DNA from: Gordius albopunctatus
Lineage: Eukaryota
Assembly (NCBI GenBank): GCA_964276515.1
Contig: OZ193909.1
Location: forward strand, 13,330,001-13,394,000
Direction of reading: 5' to 3'
Length of the DNA: 64,000 nucleotides
Shown here: positions 28,401 to 43,400 of the stretch, piece after piece
Position numbering within the stretch: the stretch's first letter is position 1
How the letters are laid out: the number at the start of each line of letters is the position of its first letter
Program-made: the position numbers and the translations under genes
Notes under the pieces: generated by a model
Databases searched by the model: none
What the model was told of the DNA's origin: nothing
The model's input: the letters and a program-made list of their open reading frames with translations, nothing else

Positions 28401-31400
28401 ATATTGCTCAAAATGTTCAGGATAACGAATTTAGAGTCAAAATGTAACAATATTTGTTTTATAAATGTTCTGGGTACACAATAAATTATCGTGGGGATAA
28501 AAACATACATTTGAAAATATATCTAAGAAACCTCGGGGATTAAGTTTAAAAAACGAATTTTAAAATCGTTATTCTTACTTGAAGTAAAGACATATCATGG
28601 CAAATGTTTCAATTTAATCATCGGCAGAAAGTGAGAACATTATGGTGGTAATGATAAATACAAAAAATAATAATCAAGGTCTTTCTTCAATTTTGTGCAC
28701 TCTTTGAAATTATCCATTTTATTTCTAATATATAATAATTGTTATCCCGTAATGAAAATACGCGGCGTACATGGGCTCTGTCTTTGAAGCGAAATATATT
28801 TACCTGTGTGGTTGATTGTGGGTTTATTAAAAATTGATGGTTTTTGCGGCCTCAAATTTTTCCCTACAGCTTATTAATTCCAATCCTTTCTTATATTATA
28901 AGAGATTATTATTCGTATTAATTTTATTGCCTTAATTTTTGAAAGATAAAAAGGTAGAAGCAAAAAAAAATAAACCACAATTTCGCCTGTTTACCAACCT
29001 TTAATTGGCTATAAAATGTGAACTGAAGGTACTCATAAGCTCAAAATATACTTAAATGCTCACAGAATCTAAGTGTATGCAATCAAAATTATCTCGATCA
29101 TATTATGGATTAAAATTAATCGAGGCGGAAAAATATAGGACCTACTAAGGATTAAGCCATAAACATAATTTCACATCTAGGGAACTTATTTGCTCACTAT
29201 TACATATAGTAGTTTCTATTAACTCTATATCTTATATTTTTTAAAATTAGCCGTTGAAAACTTCATATATTGTTTATTTTTTATAAATCTAAAAAATACA
29301 AATAATCTTTATGTATTTGAAAAATAAGATGAGGATTTTTACATCCTCCACCCAAAGGGGAATATGTATTTGTTCTTTGCTGGGGATTATTTATTTGTAC
29401 GAGATTATTCACCAAGTCTATGATACTCCCATACTAGTTTATTCACTCCAAAAATTATAATACAACTCCGGACACGGGATATAATTGAAGTATTCGGCAA
29501 TAAGTGTTAACACCACAATAATAGCGCGGGAATATGATTTCTAGCGATTACGGGGGGGAGGGGGCTTGGGTTTACAGTGGAGAAATTTCCATTCTACGGG
29601 ATTTCTATGTTTCTCTCTCTGTCTTGTATCGATTTTGCTGGGACTTATATAGGTTTCTTTTCTTGCCCTGTGCCTTTATCCTTGGAACTTCTTTTCTTTT
29701 TGACCCATTTTACCGCGCCAATTTCGTGATGAATGGCCCTTCACTTCCAAGGCTTTTCCACGTCCTTTGGAATCCTCAGCTGACAGTTCTAGGTTTCCCC
29801 TACCTTTCTTATGCCAATTCAATATTTATTACCAGGTGATGTGGTACCCTTGCTTCCTTCTGCTACTTCTTTCAGGCCAAGTCTTAATTTATAGCTGTAG
29901 TATCCTTGTACTATTTAACTACCAACCCAAATTTCGGTAACCTTCCCTTTCCCTTCGTTTATTTTTCATCTTATCACGTGCTCATGCCTTATAAGGGCTG
30001 GTTCCCTTTTTAATATTTTCTCATGGATATGTATGACAAGGATCATACTTAATATTGTAGTAGAAATTTTTTATATAATTCCTTAACATTAAACCATTGT
30101 ATTTAAAATAAGTAGTAAAAAATTTTTAAGATTTGATTCATAATATTTTTTGTTGTAATTTCATCTCATTAAACTTCCTTTTCTCTGCTCATTTCATCCA
30201 TTTAACATTTACCGCTTGTTAATAGTTTTACCTATGAAATAACTTTAAGGGTGATTTTGCGCCCAAGGCTAAGATGTAAGCTTGTATGTATTTAGGATCT
30301 TAAGGTTTTTAGATGGATTTGCAAAAAACATTTACAAAACTAATACTAAGGTTATCAAAAGCCCTAACCTATCCTACTAGGCTAGGGGGCCAACTGGAGG
30401 GCCAAACCCAATTTTTCCCAGCACATTGTACGACAATCATGTTAAATCTCATTATCGACATCAACATTTCCTTCGTGTAATTTAATCCAGTTGTATAATT
30501 TTATTTTCCTTGTACACGAGCAGGAAATCTTCGCTGTCTTCATCCGTTTTTAGCGATCAACGCCGCCCGACCGGCACAAATCGATTGGAAGAAACGCACC
30601 TAGACGACGACCATGCCCACAACCCCGATACACCCTCCTCCAATAATGTAATAGTCGCGCATAGCTTTACCCAATTTTTAATTGTTATTATTATTAATCG
30701 ATAAAATAGAACCCAGAAAACTACATTTAGTTTGGGATACAGGCATTTAATGTTACAAAGCAAAAATTTAAATTAAGCTTTAAAAGTATTTAAGGAAAAA
30801 ATAATGGGAAAATTTATATGTCAGACTCTACCAAGATTTGAATATTTGGATTATATTTCATTAAAGTACCGGGCGAAAAATTTACGATAAACAAATTTAA
30901 AGTAACAGTAAGATATATACTATACACCTCCTAAAAAACAGCTCAAGGCATCGATTTATAAATGAAGATTGCTTTGAATTTTGCAATTTACATCTTAATT
31001 TTTGACAAAGTTAAAAAAATTTAATTTCATTTTAAGAAAATTTTCGACTTTTTCCCACAATGGTTTTACTAAATGAACCTTATCATTGTGCATTATTACG
31101 GATGTGCTGTTGAGTAATGGAAAGATGCCTTTTTTTGTTAGGCGCTGAATACCAAACATGAATGTCAAAATTTCGTGGAGTTCGTGAGGAAGCACGAATC
31201 GTTACCCGCTTTTTTGGATTTCATCTTAAATAAAGGTAGTGCTTTTCCTTAAGTTGTGATTAGGCTGTATACATTTCAAGAATTTAAAGTTTTAAGCATA
31301 TTTATAATCCTAACCAGGATTTGGATAAAGGCATCAGGCAAAAATCCAAATTTTGCTATAACCTTTATATATTATATATATAGCAAAGTTCATACTCAAT

Positions 31401-34400
31401 AACTTGTGGTTTAGGTGAGGAGGGGGCAATAGTTGACGCAATTATACCGCTGGATCCTAGCAAGCAGCTTCACATAAACTTACCATTTAAATTGGGTCCG
31501 GCTTATATGGTATATTTGTGTGTCAGGAACTGCATCTTGCGAGATGCCTACTCTAAAAACATCACTCAAAGCAATGGTTCCCCGAGTATGGCCATGAATT
31601 TGGAAATTATGCTGAATAAGGTTGTGGGACACTTGAAGAACATGATCGAGGTAAGAAAGCGCTGTTTTTCGTTTTTAAACGTCAATAATTTGCAAATTAA
31701 TCGTCTTATGTGTACTCTCCTAATATTAGACTTTTTTATTGGCCCCGCTAAATGTATATTTTCATATTACGATAGTGTTTGTAATAATGTCATGCCACCA
31801 TTTTGTCCGTGAACAGATATCACATACTTTATATTTTGGTTCGGGCAAAATTTAGGTCGAGGCAAGATTATTTTTCTTATGCTTTTTTCGGACAAAATAT
31901 GTGAATAATTGTGCGCAAAGTAACTCGTGTTGGAACTTTGTGGCACTAGTTTCATATTACTGATTCATAAAACCTGTTTTATTCTTGAGGGGCCAATAAA
32001 AAGAATAGAATTCTCATATTTCTCAAGTATCTCGGTATCTTTCTTTATTTTTAGCATCAAAGCGGTGCTGCCTTGCTAACTTTTGCATCGCGTCGAAATT
32101 TCCCTACACCTTATAACAACTTTGTCTTGACATGGGATTTGCCTAAAAATATAGCAATATGACGCATAAAGTTATCGCGATTAGTTTAAGTCTTTATTTT
32201 AAAATTTTAGCGCAACTTGAGTTAAAATTAATACCAGCATTTTCTTTAATGTAATCAGCCTGAATCAGATGTTCATATAAAAAATTTACAAACCTCCTTC
32301 GATATTAAGAAAAACTCTTATATACACACACACACTTCACTTGAATCTTTAGACGTACAAAAACAACCCGGTAGCCCTGACATTTTGGCTTACCAACTCG
32401 TCCGAAGCCTGGCACGCTTTACGCAAGGAACAATCGCTGCTCGGTGCTTCCCCGGGGCCCCGCCCTAAGGTGCAAAGAGCCGGAGAACATGGCCTAGCAC
32501 AATGCGTTCACTCATGTTTCCGCCACCTTACCGATCGTTTGAAAGGTGATTTGTGCACCGTCATGATCAACATGTTTCAACCACCACCCCTTACGACACC
32601 CGATACCGGCTCTATCGGGGGTAGTGGTGACGGCCCTTATTGTAATACCTTCGAAGATGTCGTGGTGCGACCCTGTGGTAAATTAGATTATTGTTATTAT
32701 TAGATGGATGCATTGAGTTTTCTTTGTACCCCGGCACATATATTTTCATTTAGGCACTTTAAATAGGTTTGTTTAAGGCTGCGAAGTTTTGAACAGCTTC
32801 AAACAAACCCCTGCATATGTGTAAAGTTCTAAAAGTTTTTGGAACGAATTTTACAAGATCACTGCTTTTTTACGTTTCAATTCTCCCGTACATCGAATGG
32901 ATTGCAACCTATAAAGGCAGCAATTGAAGAGTTTTTAGAGTAACTACCTTTAACCACCACAATTATGTAAAGTGGGCATAGCCAACGACCTTTTAAATCT
33001 TCAAACCAATCACCCTCTTCAATTTGGTGTCGTATCAATTTTGACGGAAAAAATATATATGAATATCACTTATAAATATATAAGTCTAAAATAGGATGAA
33101 GAAATAAATAGAATAAGAAGGATAATTAAAATATACCTTAATTAAATAATAGGGCCAGTGTAGGGACGTATCAAAAGAATAATTGAAATAATCAAATCAC
33201 ATGGTTTTTACCAACTCGGCTTTTGCTTACAATATTAAAACATATAATTATAGCAATAATATAATCCGTATAAAATGCTAGACAAATAAAGGTTCTACGA
33301 AATTAAACTGTTTTCCTTTCACGTATTCACATATGATAAAGCAGTTTTCTCCGACGATTTGTTATTTACAAGCGCCCCTGATAAAAACGCTGACGTCTCT
33401 GATGAACATGCTGAAGCAACACCGACTCAACGCATCTTTTACCATCCAAATCTTTTCACGACTATTCTACTTCGTTAACGCTTGGACTTTCAACGCCATC
33501 TTCACCGGTCTACCCGGCGATCGTGCTCAGGGGGTTGGTCCGGTCCTGGAAGCTCGAACCCAAAATCAAGAACCTAACCCCTATCCGCCCTATTCTAGGG
33601 AATGGGGCTCAGTACTTCGGGCCCGGTTCGGGGAATTAGAACGATGGTCAGAATTAAACGGACTTGAATTGGCTGCGGAATGCCATTTGGCCAAGATTAT
33701 ACAGGTATATTTTGTCAAATTAATCTCACTTTTGCGTTGTTTATAATGCTTTTAGAGCAATATAAAGTTCGACCTGAGGCAATTTATGCTTTTGAATACC
33801 GAAAAATTTGTTTTATAGATTTGTCTTGCTGAATTTTATTTGACCGAGATCGTTGAGGCATTCGTTTTATGAATTTCTAACACTAATTTCATGCATTTTT
33901 CGTGCTGTAAGGCTGTTTTTGAGACTTTTAAACGTTAGTATGGTGTATTTTTGCTATATCGACATTTACCGGATATTCTGTTAACGTTGGTTCTAAAATC
34001 CGTGGATAAATTTGATTTTTAAAGTATAAAAAAACGTGAGCCACATTTTGGTGATTAAATAGCTACCTAAAACATCTGCTATAAAGTTTTAATTCAATTT
34101 TTTAAATAATTTGTATGCGTCTGAATGAAATAGTGTTTACAAACAGTGTTTTGTATATCAGCAAGAGAATTTAAAAGGGATTAAAAGATACCCGGTCTCA
34201 AGGAGAAAGTATTAAATTTAATTCCCGTTGTATTACGATTACCTGTTAAAATACAAAATATAAGAAATTTGATCATAGGTAAATGCTAAATTTCATCTTA
34301 TAGCACATCATCATATTAGCTTCAGGTCGAAATTGTATACAAGCTTAGTCTTCACCTTTAATTGTTTGTCAAATATCAAAGCTATCAATCAAGTCACTGA

Positions 34401-37400
34401 AATGTGCGAAATTACAATATGTTTTTTTTGCTTCCTCGACAGCTCTTACAATTGTTGATGATGCCCAAGGCGAGTTTGCAAGACCTGCCCCACATAGCAT
34501 CCAATTGCGGCAAATTGAATTCCCTGCAATTCTACACCGCGCTCACCCATTATAGGCACGAACCCGGAGAACCCCAAATACCTAACGTACTATTTTTATC
34601 GCTTCATGCAGAAATCTTTTTACTCCTTATAGAACTTTAGTTTTTTGCAGAAACTAGGCACCAACATTATTACTTCAATCTAGTTGTCCTAAGTTATAGC
34701 ATTTTATTTCATATTTTTAAAATAGATATTAGAGCCTAATAACCCTTTTACTCAAAGTTTGAATTGAATTTTAATTATTTGTATTTTATCCCACTATCAA
34801 TATAAAAGGATGTTTTTTTTGCTAGGCTGTCAATATTTTTTGCGCAAAAAATTATCACGACTTAGGGATTATTATAGGCTAAACATCTTAAAAACTTTGA
34901 CATTTTTAATGGTTTTTTGGTAAGATTTGTTTTTTTTTAATAAATTCATGATCATGTAAGGAAAAAACTTGAGTTCTACCATTTGTTATTGTGGTTTTTT
35001 GGTGAGAATTTAAACATTTTCGGCAAGAAATCACGCGAACATCGCTCGCCGGTTAAATGGCATGCCAGCTTAGGGGGCATTATTTGATGTTTGTTGATAT
35101 TCATGGGCGTAGGCAGGGGGGGCGGCCGCCCCCCCCCCCTGAATGAGAATTTTTCTATTTTTTAATGTAAATTTATGTAAAAATTGGAAAAAATTAGTGT
35201 TTCGCCCCCCCCTGATTGAAATTAAGTTTTATGTTGAAAATTTTATTTCACGAACTTTTGACGCAAATTTAAATTATTATTGAGATTAGTAGTTGCGTTT
35301 GTGTTAGTTCCTTCATACATCGTTTACATATCCTCTGTACACTGTACTGTTGATTAATAATGAGTTTTTATGTGGGTTGAGGCCAAAGAATAGCAAAATA
35401 TTTTAATTACTAACGTTAAATACCAAAAAAAGGTCTTGGCGACCTTTTTTTTGCTCTCACTTAGTCTCGGCGATTTTTTTGCTCGCCCCCCCTGATCCGA
35501 AAGCTGGCTACGCCCATGTTGATATTTCTTTTTGGAATACGGATCTAAGTGTCTATATATTTGACCGCTCCAATATTATAGGGCAATCAAATGAGCTCTA
35601 TACCGTGTTTGCATCGATATTTATATAATTTAGTATCCCTCTCTCATAAATTTAGGCAATTTAAGGAGGGGAAAGTAATCGCAATGCTAATTTGACGTAA
35701 TTCTCATACAGGAATTGACAGAGCGAATAGTGTCTATAGCTCATAGCACGACCGATGAAGTGTTGAGGACACCCGATCAGGCAGGGACAGGGGGGGTTGT
35801 GTTGGAGGAAGCCTTGGAGCTGTCCACTCCTTTCATCTACCCACAAGATGGTTATTCCTACGACGTTATAACTAATGTGCCCTCCGCCCTCCTTGACTCT
35901 GTTCAAATGTGCCTCACGGATAAAGGTGGTATTCACAATTTTAAGCCATGTTTTTTGCAGGGGTTTGAAAGTTTTTTGAATTCACGAAAAGCACTGTATC
36001 CTCCAAGTAGCGGGGTTTGTGGTGTTTTGATTGATTGTTGAGGCAAAATTCCTATCTCGTTTCATTTTGTTTAACAAACTAGTGGAGCAAATAGCATTAT
36101 GATTGTTTTAATTATTATTTGAGTTAACAAAAAGATACGAATTCGCATTTTGGATTATTTGATTTCTCTCCTTCGCATAGATTTATTTGCATCTATGATG
36201 ATGAGCGAATCCGTTAATATTCGGGACAATCGTTTTGTCTTCTTTTTTTAAGTCTTTGAACCGCAATACCTCCCAAAGATCGAATTAAATCCAATATTTT
36301 GGGTGACTTTAGAAGCCTTAGAAATATCTTAGATTTTATAAGTCCGCATCATACCAAAAATTTTTTATATAACAAGTTTTTCGTTTGTGATTTAGGTTTG
36401 GCACAGCTAATCGTATTACCATCGCAATATGGCGGAGCTTGGAACGTGCATTTCAAAGCGCCTCACAAAAGCGAAGACTTCAACCTATCCCCACCTACTC
36501 AAAATGTAAATTATAAATTACAAATAGAAACGCTTGTTTTGTATTTATATTGAAAACTCTTACCATTTGCCTTAACCTATAAACTTAGTATAAAGTAAAC
36601 ATCGGAGTATGCATAATCTTAGGTACTTTATAAACTAATTTTCGTTTTCGTTCCTAGTTTATTCCCCGCGGACACACATACTAATTTTACTAATTTAACA
36701 CAAAAATTTTAGGAAATCTCGGCAAATGGATTATTACAAAGCAATGGATTTGAGCCTGTCAAACGTGAAGAAATCAATTTAAAGGGGGTTTTCTCGGAAC
36801 CTTCGGGGACTTGTTTGAATGGGATAATTTCTCCCAAAAATGTCACCATAACAAAGACAGAACGGGGGCTCGGTCTCAGTATCTTAGCTGCTAGCGTGAG
36901 TTATTTAAGATCATTTTAAGCTTGGGTTAATTAAAATCACTAACTATTTACGCTGTTAAATGTGAATGATTACAGTAATCAAAGAGCTCCAAAGTGCGTG
37001 TTGAGGTCATTTCGAAAAATGCAAAATGATTGATGTCAAATAGGTTTTAAAGTATGTCCACATAAATTAGTATACTATCGCTATCGGGTTAGTTGATCTT
37101 ACATCGCTGGAGGAAGGTTAGACTTCACCTTCACCCCTACATCGCATAAATTTGGGGGCGGCGATGCCTTTGTAAAAAGGGCTTTTAATGATATTCACAT
37201 CAAGTTGACTGAGCTAAGCTTTCTTTGTGGCTTTCGACAAAACAAACAAACCTAAATTTTGCCTGTCTCCTTTAGCCGGCGCCAATCCTCTGCGTTTCCC
37301 CCCCAAAATTTACTAAATAAATCCTGTAAAATGTGATAAATATTTTAAACAAATTTAATTCGGTAACTTTGACTAAACAATTTTTGTAGTAACAAAAGTT

Positions 37401-40400
37401 GAAACATCGAGCCAAATTTTTCTATTTATACAAGCTTTTTGAACAAATTCTTAGCCACTTAATCAGAGACGTTTTTAATTCGAGCTAGATAATGGTAAAA
37501 TGTGTGCCTTGGGCGTCTATAGTACATCGAGCATGTGTACTTCTTCGCTACTTGCTTTGACCTAAGATTAGGCATATTTCGCTTAAACATTTGAAAAACT
37601 TTTATCATAATTGATGAGAGATGGAACCTTAAACTTAGGTTTAACTTGTCAAAAATTGTATTTTTTATATGAAATCTTCTTAATATTTGATTGCGTTTTA
37701 AAAGGTCGAGGGCAATTGATTATGTTAAATTTTTTAATTACTGTTCAAAAAATCTGCTGGATAAATAAATTATTTTTTATCTAACTAAAATTTGTAACTA
37801 ATATTATCGCTTTATTTTTCGATGATGTATTACATATCCCCCCGTAACCTTATATTTTGCTACTTTTTAAACCTATGACTCAAGGCATAAAATAAAAAAC
37901 ATTGTAAATAACTACAAAAGTTGGCGAATATTATTAAAATATATATATTTAGAGACCAGCTTTGATAAATTTTTGCTTTTTATGTATTTTTTCTTTTATT
38001 TGTATAACCTTTTATAAAATTTAATAACGCTTTAATTTGAGCATTTTAATTATACCCATTAGTTTAAATAATGAATCTACCTAAGGAAATTTTTAGGTTG
38101 AGATATTTACAACTTAACATCAATTTTTAAATAATGTTCTTAAGTGATAGACAAAAAGTAATATAATTGTAAAACTAACATTGCCGGGATATAGAATATA
38201 GGTAGAGCCCTGCAAAATAATTTTTATTTTGCCCGAGCCCGAAAGATTTTTTTTATTTTTGGCCCGACCCGATTTTTCAAATATAACTTTGGAAAAATTT
38301 ATTTTTGAAAATAATTTCCTATGAAATGCACCAGATTGTTATTACTCTTAATTAACAACTAGGATAAGTAATTTATTCAGCTAGTAATTTAAAACTAAAA
38401 ATCTAACCCTATAAAACATATTTTATTTGACAGTTCCAACTAAAAACTTTTTAAAATATTTACCTATCTTATTTCTAAAATTCTAACAGCTACTATTAAT
38501 ATATTTAAAAATACTAGAAAAAGATTTGCAATTGAGGTCAGTTATATTATAATAGACAGGGGAAATGTTGAAATCTGGAAGCTATATTATGTACGCCGTG
38601 CGAAGATAATTAATATAGAGTTGAGTTTATTTAAATCATATTTTACTAAAGATTAGTTTGATTAAGTTCGATTCGGGTCACGCTCGGGCATCGGGTCGGG
38701 CCACCTCATATTGGAAGTTTAACGGCTAAATCGCCAATACTAAAAAAATAAGGCGTTTTTGACATGTTAATAATTTCCTCGATTGCCTAAAACATGATAG
38801 GCCATTGAATAAAAGCTTAAAATCCACTGTAGCATGTCTTTTTGTCTAGAATAAGTCACCATATTATGCAATAAATAATGTAAATGCCTTAAGATGCTTT
38901 CCCCGACTTTTTCCAACTTAGATTTATGGGACAACCGTCTACCTATTGCTTCCTCTTTAAATATAATAACTAAATTATTTTGGCTTATAAATAAATTGTT
39001 GCACGTTTTCGGAACGAATCTTTCCCTCGGGCTGTAAAGCAATATCACATTAACGCATAGATGACACCTTACAAATTACAATTCTCGCATTTTGGTCAAC
39101 GAACATGACAACACTCATAAATAATAATATATCACCTACTACAACGCACATGTGCTGCTCTGTTGATGGGGAAAACGCACACAGTGCTTCCTCCTGATTC
39201 ATCCTACAGCTATTTAACAACTACTATTTTGCTGGCCGCTTCTAAAAAAAGAATCTCAATCTCGTATGTCGGGATCGCTCATAGGTGGCCCGACGAGCAT
39301 TTGTTTCCGGGTTTGTGAACCCTTGCATGCATTCTATGTTTTGTAAATTTAGATTAAGTCATTTTTAAAAAATCTATCGCCATCTTACATGGGCGCAGCC
39401 AGCATTGAAATTAGAGAGGGTGGGGAATAATGATTTAGGCAGAGGCAAAATCATAGGCATAATTTTAATAAATTTCAACATTTTTTTGGATTTAGAGGGG
39501 GCAGCCGCTCCTCCCTGCCCCCCCCCCTCCTTGGCTACGCCCATGCCTTCTTACCTAACACTTGCACAATGATAAATTATTATTTATTTATTTTTCGAAT
39601 CGCCTATAGCCCAGCCCAGATTGTACATTATTATTTTATGTTTTGACGTTTTGGTTTGACTTCATGAGTTTATAAAGGCTGCGTAGCCGAATCGAAAGAA
39701 ATAAAAGTTTAACGACTTTGCGCTTGCCTCAACTCCTTTTGAACCTTAGTAAGAGTGGCCCAATATTAGGAATAATTACGTTATGTAGCGCGGCTTAATT
39801 AGTCATTTTATATTTTTTATGAACTTCGCGGTATTTTACGACTAAATGGAGATGATACATTTTATACACATGAATTGTTTCCAGTAATTATCTTCAATTT
39901 TGATTTAATGACATGGCCCCTGGATATAAACTCTTCAAAATTTATTTATGGGATGACTATAAAAAATATCGCAAGTTTACGACTAAGATTATAATTATAA
40001 CTCAATTTTTATGTGTATATTTGAAATATGTTTTTAGTTAGAGCTTCAAGGAGATAAAATTAAAACGTCTAGTCGCTGTAACATGTGCTTGCGCACTTAA
40101 AAATTTAATATATTTTCCACATTTTAAGCCATTAATTCGTCTGCTTTCGCCTCTCCCTTTGTTATCACTTAGCAACGCGCGCTACAACAGATTTTTGTGT
40201 AGGGCAGCGGGCGATGCTACGATGATTAACAACTGCTGCATTATCGTTGTTTGTTTTGACTCCTTCCTCCCTTCCATTCTCTCACTGTCGTCAATTTCTA
40301 TTGTCGTCTAGCTTAAAACACAAATCGATCACAGTCTAGTGCACAACAGTAAATACATGTTGAATTAATTAAATCTCCATTCTAGAACCCACCTTGAGAA

Positions 40401-43400
40401 AATGTCATAATCCTTTCGCGAAAATTTACAATCGTTTTTAATCCTTCACACCTTCATTATATGGTCTCGTCGCGTCGTTAACTTTGGATTAAGTCTGAGC
40501 AAGGTTTTTTAGCGATTCTGTTAGATCTGTTGCTTGGTATACTATACCACAACATTCATTCTACATAAAATTTTATTACCTAAGTTGTTGTGGTTACCTC
40601 ACTAATATAATCTCCCTCGCACCTCCCTTGTCCCGTGTTTACATAGTAAGGTGGGTAGTGGTAGAGCTACTAATCATGAATCTCCTCTCTTAGTCAGTCT
40701 TGGTAGTACATTGGCGTGCATATAAACCATTTTTAAACGAAAAAAGAATAATTTACACCCAATCTGCATGGCGTTTTTACATTTGGCTGCTTGTCCTAAA
40801 GACGAGCATTTTATCACTCCATATCAATCGACTAATATTGTCAGCTAAACTCGCGTGCACCAAATAAACCCAACTCCCAACATTTTACACCGCTCGCCGT
40901 GTTCGTTCGTGTCTGGGTGATTTATAGTAGCACGTTTCGTGTTTCACAAATTTGCATCCGACGCGCAACACAAAATACTTTTTATCTCACACCCATTATC
41001 ATCAACATCATCATCATTTTAAGCTCATTTAATGGCGACTTCCCTTTAAAACTTGCACACACGCACCCAGTAGATAATGTATCAGTCAACCCCTTCCCCT
41101 CTCATTCTCCTCTCCCCAGCATAGAAAACATCACCTAAAGGCCCAACTCCTGCCCTGCCATCTCATTACCTTCGTTCGAAACAAAAATAAAAATTGTCTC
41201 TCTCCATTCTAGCATGTGCGCCAAAATACTTTCTCCGACCAGTCAAATAACGAATTATTCCACCGAGTACCATCATGCTTCTTCATATCCCTGGGATCCC
41301 TCTCCTTCCGACAAACGAAACAGTCCCTTCCGCGCCAACTTTTTTCGCAGCCGACCAAAATTTGGGCTTTTTTCCGATTCCATACACCAACGATCGCCTT
41401 CCCCTCCAGACCATTCTCGCCGTTTTGCTTCTAAATATTTCACCCTGCTCAAAAGTAAGATAACCCAAAGGTATACGGCCTTAACGTGTAGGCAACAACA
41501 GAGTCGAATAGGTGATGTCGATATTAAAATAGTGACCGCCGCCGAGGGTCAGACTAACGTGTTGCAACAACGCCTGTACGGCAGAGGCCAAGGGCAAAGC
41601 GTGATTAACGAAGGAAAAAGTGTGTACGAGACAGCTGCACAAATAAGCGTCGTTATTAAACGTTCAGATCAGAACAATCCACAAGCCCCTAGATCGGTCG
41701 ACGTGTCCAATGCCATTTTGGATGAAGATTATTTAGGGCGTGGTAACGATAACGCATCGCGGAACATTGTTATGAGAATAGCGGAACTCCCATCAGAGGA
41801 CCGAACCAACCTCTTTAACAAAGATGGTCGTCATTCTGACGGCGGGGATTCTTTCATCGTAGTTCCCATGAGTAAGAGTCCAATTTTAGAGGCTAGATTG
41901 GCCGCACGAACGGACGTGAAGTGTCACGACAATGGGTCGGGGGCAGGAGGCAAGAGGAAGTGTTTTAATACTCCGCCCTTATTCTGCTCTTCCCCCTGCC
42001 CTCCAACGGGCCCTAAATTTCAAAGCCGTCGACGGATTCAAGTTAATAACAAGCGGCCGAACGACAAAGACCTCACATATTACGAAGAACGATCATCCAC
42101 ATTTGCTGAACCATCATCACCAGCTACGTCTTTTTTAAACGCGCGACGCTCTTTCCAAAATACCTTCGCCTCTAGTTTTGCAACGGGTCGGAGCATTATC
42201 ACGAATTACGAGGCTACCCGAGAAAAATCATCTTTTAGAGTGGTGCCCATCACCTACGATAAATCCTTTTACAGGCCCCAATGTAGCATTCCCATAATTG
42301 TGGAACCGGTTACTAGCCCATCAGAAGCCGATAATGCTGATTTCCGGCCTAATTTGTCACAATCCAAATCGAATAATTGTTTTGCCGGAGGAGTTAGGAT
42401 TGAAGAAATAACCTCTACCCCTATCAAAACTGTTATTGGGGAAAATATTTCCATGAACGCTTCGCAAAGCCTACGGTGGGGAGAATCGAGTTCCTTCAGC
42501 GACTTCAACTTCTCCAATCGCAACGGTAGTTGTATTTACCTTAAAAACCGCCGCAACCAGCACAGAGTGGTCACCCGTTGTAAAAAGAAGCCATCGGCCC
42601 ATTACCCTAACCGCACCCCCAATTCCATCAGACGTTTAATCGATAAATACCCGACGTTGGGCCATTGTTGGATCGGGGGTAGCAACGACCCAGATACGTC
42701 GTCTTCTCGACTTGGACTCGAGGGAAGATCGATGGAACCACAGAGGGAACCAAAGGATTCCTTATCCATTTCTTCATCTCTTTCCTCGCCCCTAGGCACC
42801 GGCGACGAAGGGGACACCAGTAGCCATAACGACCAAACCGACACTTCTACTTTAAAACCGGTTCGCCCGAACCATACGAGTCCTCCCTATAAGACCATCA
42901 CGAAAAAATGCGAACGAAATACCCGAGAAAATTGCGAAATGAATAGCGACCGTAGTCCCCCCGTCTTTTTATACGTCACAGTTCGAATCAAACCCGCTAC
43001 CACTTCTTTACACGCGTGACCCCCCCCCTCTACCCATTTATTAAGTCAATCCCTTGGGCTGTTTTGATTTTGATCACCACTTGTCGGTTGCAATATGACT
43101 AAGTGGGTATTCTAATGATCATTAGAGCGACATAAAGAATTTTCCAATTGAGATTACCCCTCTCGCGCATCAACCCCTTTTTTACCTTTTTATCATTGTT
43201 ACTTAACCAATCGTTACGTGTTCGCTTATCGTTGATTGGAAAATTTACACTCAAATATTATAAATGAATGACACATAACATGAAAGCGTGATGGAGTTTT
43301 CTATTGTATCAACATAGTGAGTGTAGTATGAATGAATGAATGACTAGGAGGATACAAAAATATTTTGAGCACGAATTGCCATTGGGGTTGAATGAAACTA

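Noticed and set aside
29534..30010. Pyrimidine-rich stretch with a 101-aa ORF, possibly a retroelement remnant
   Set aside because: No recognisable motif or termini.
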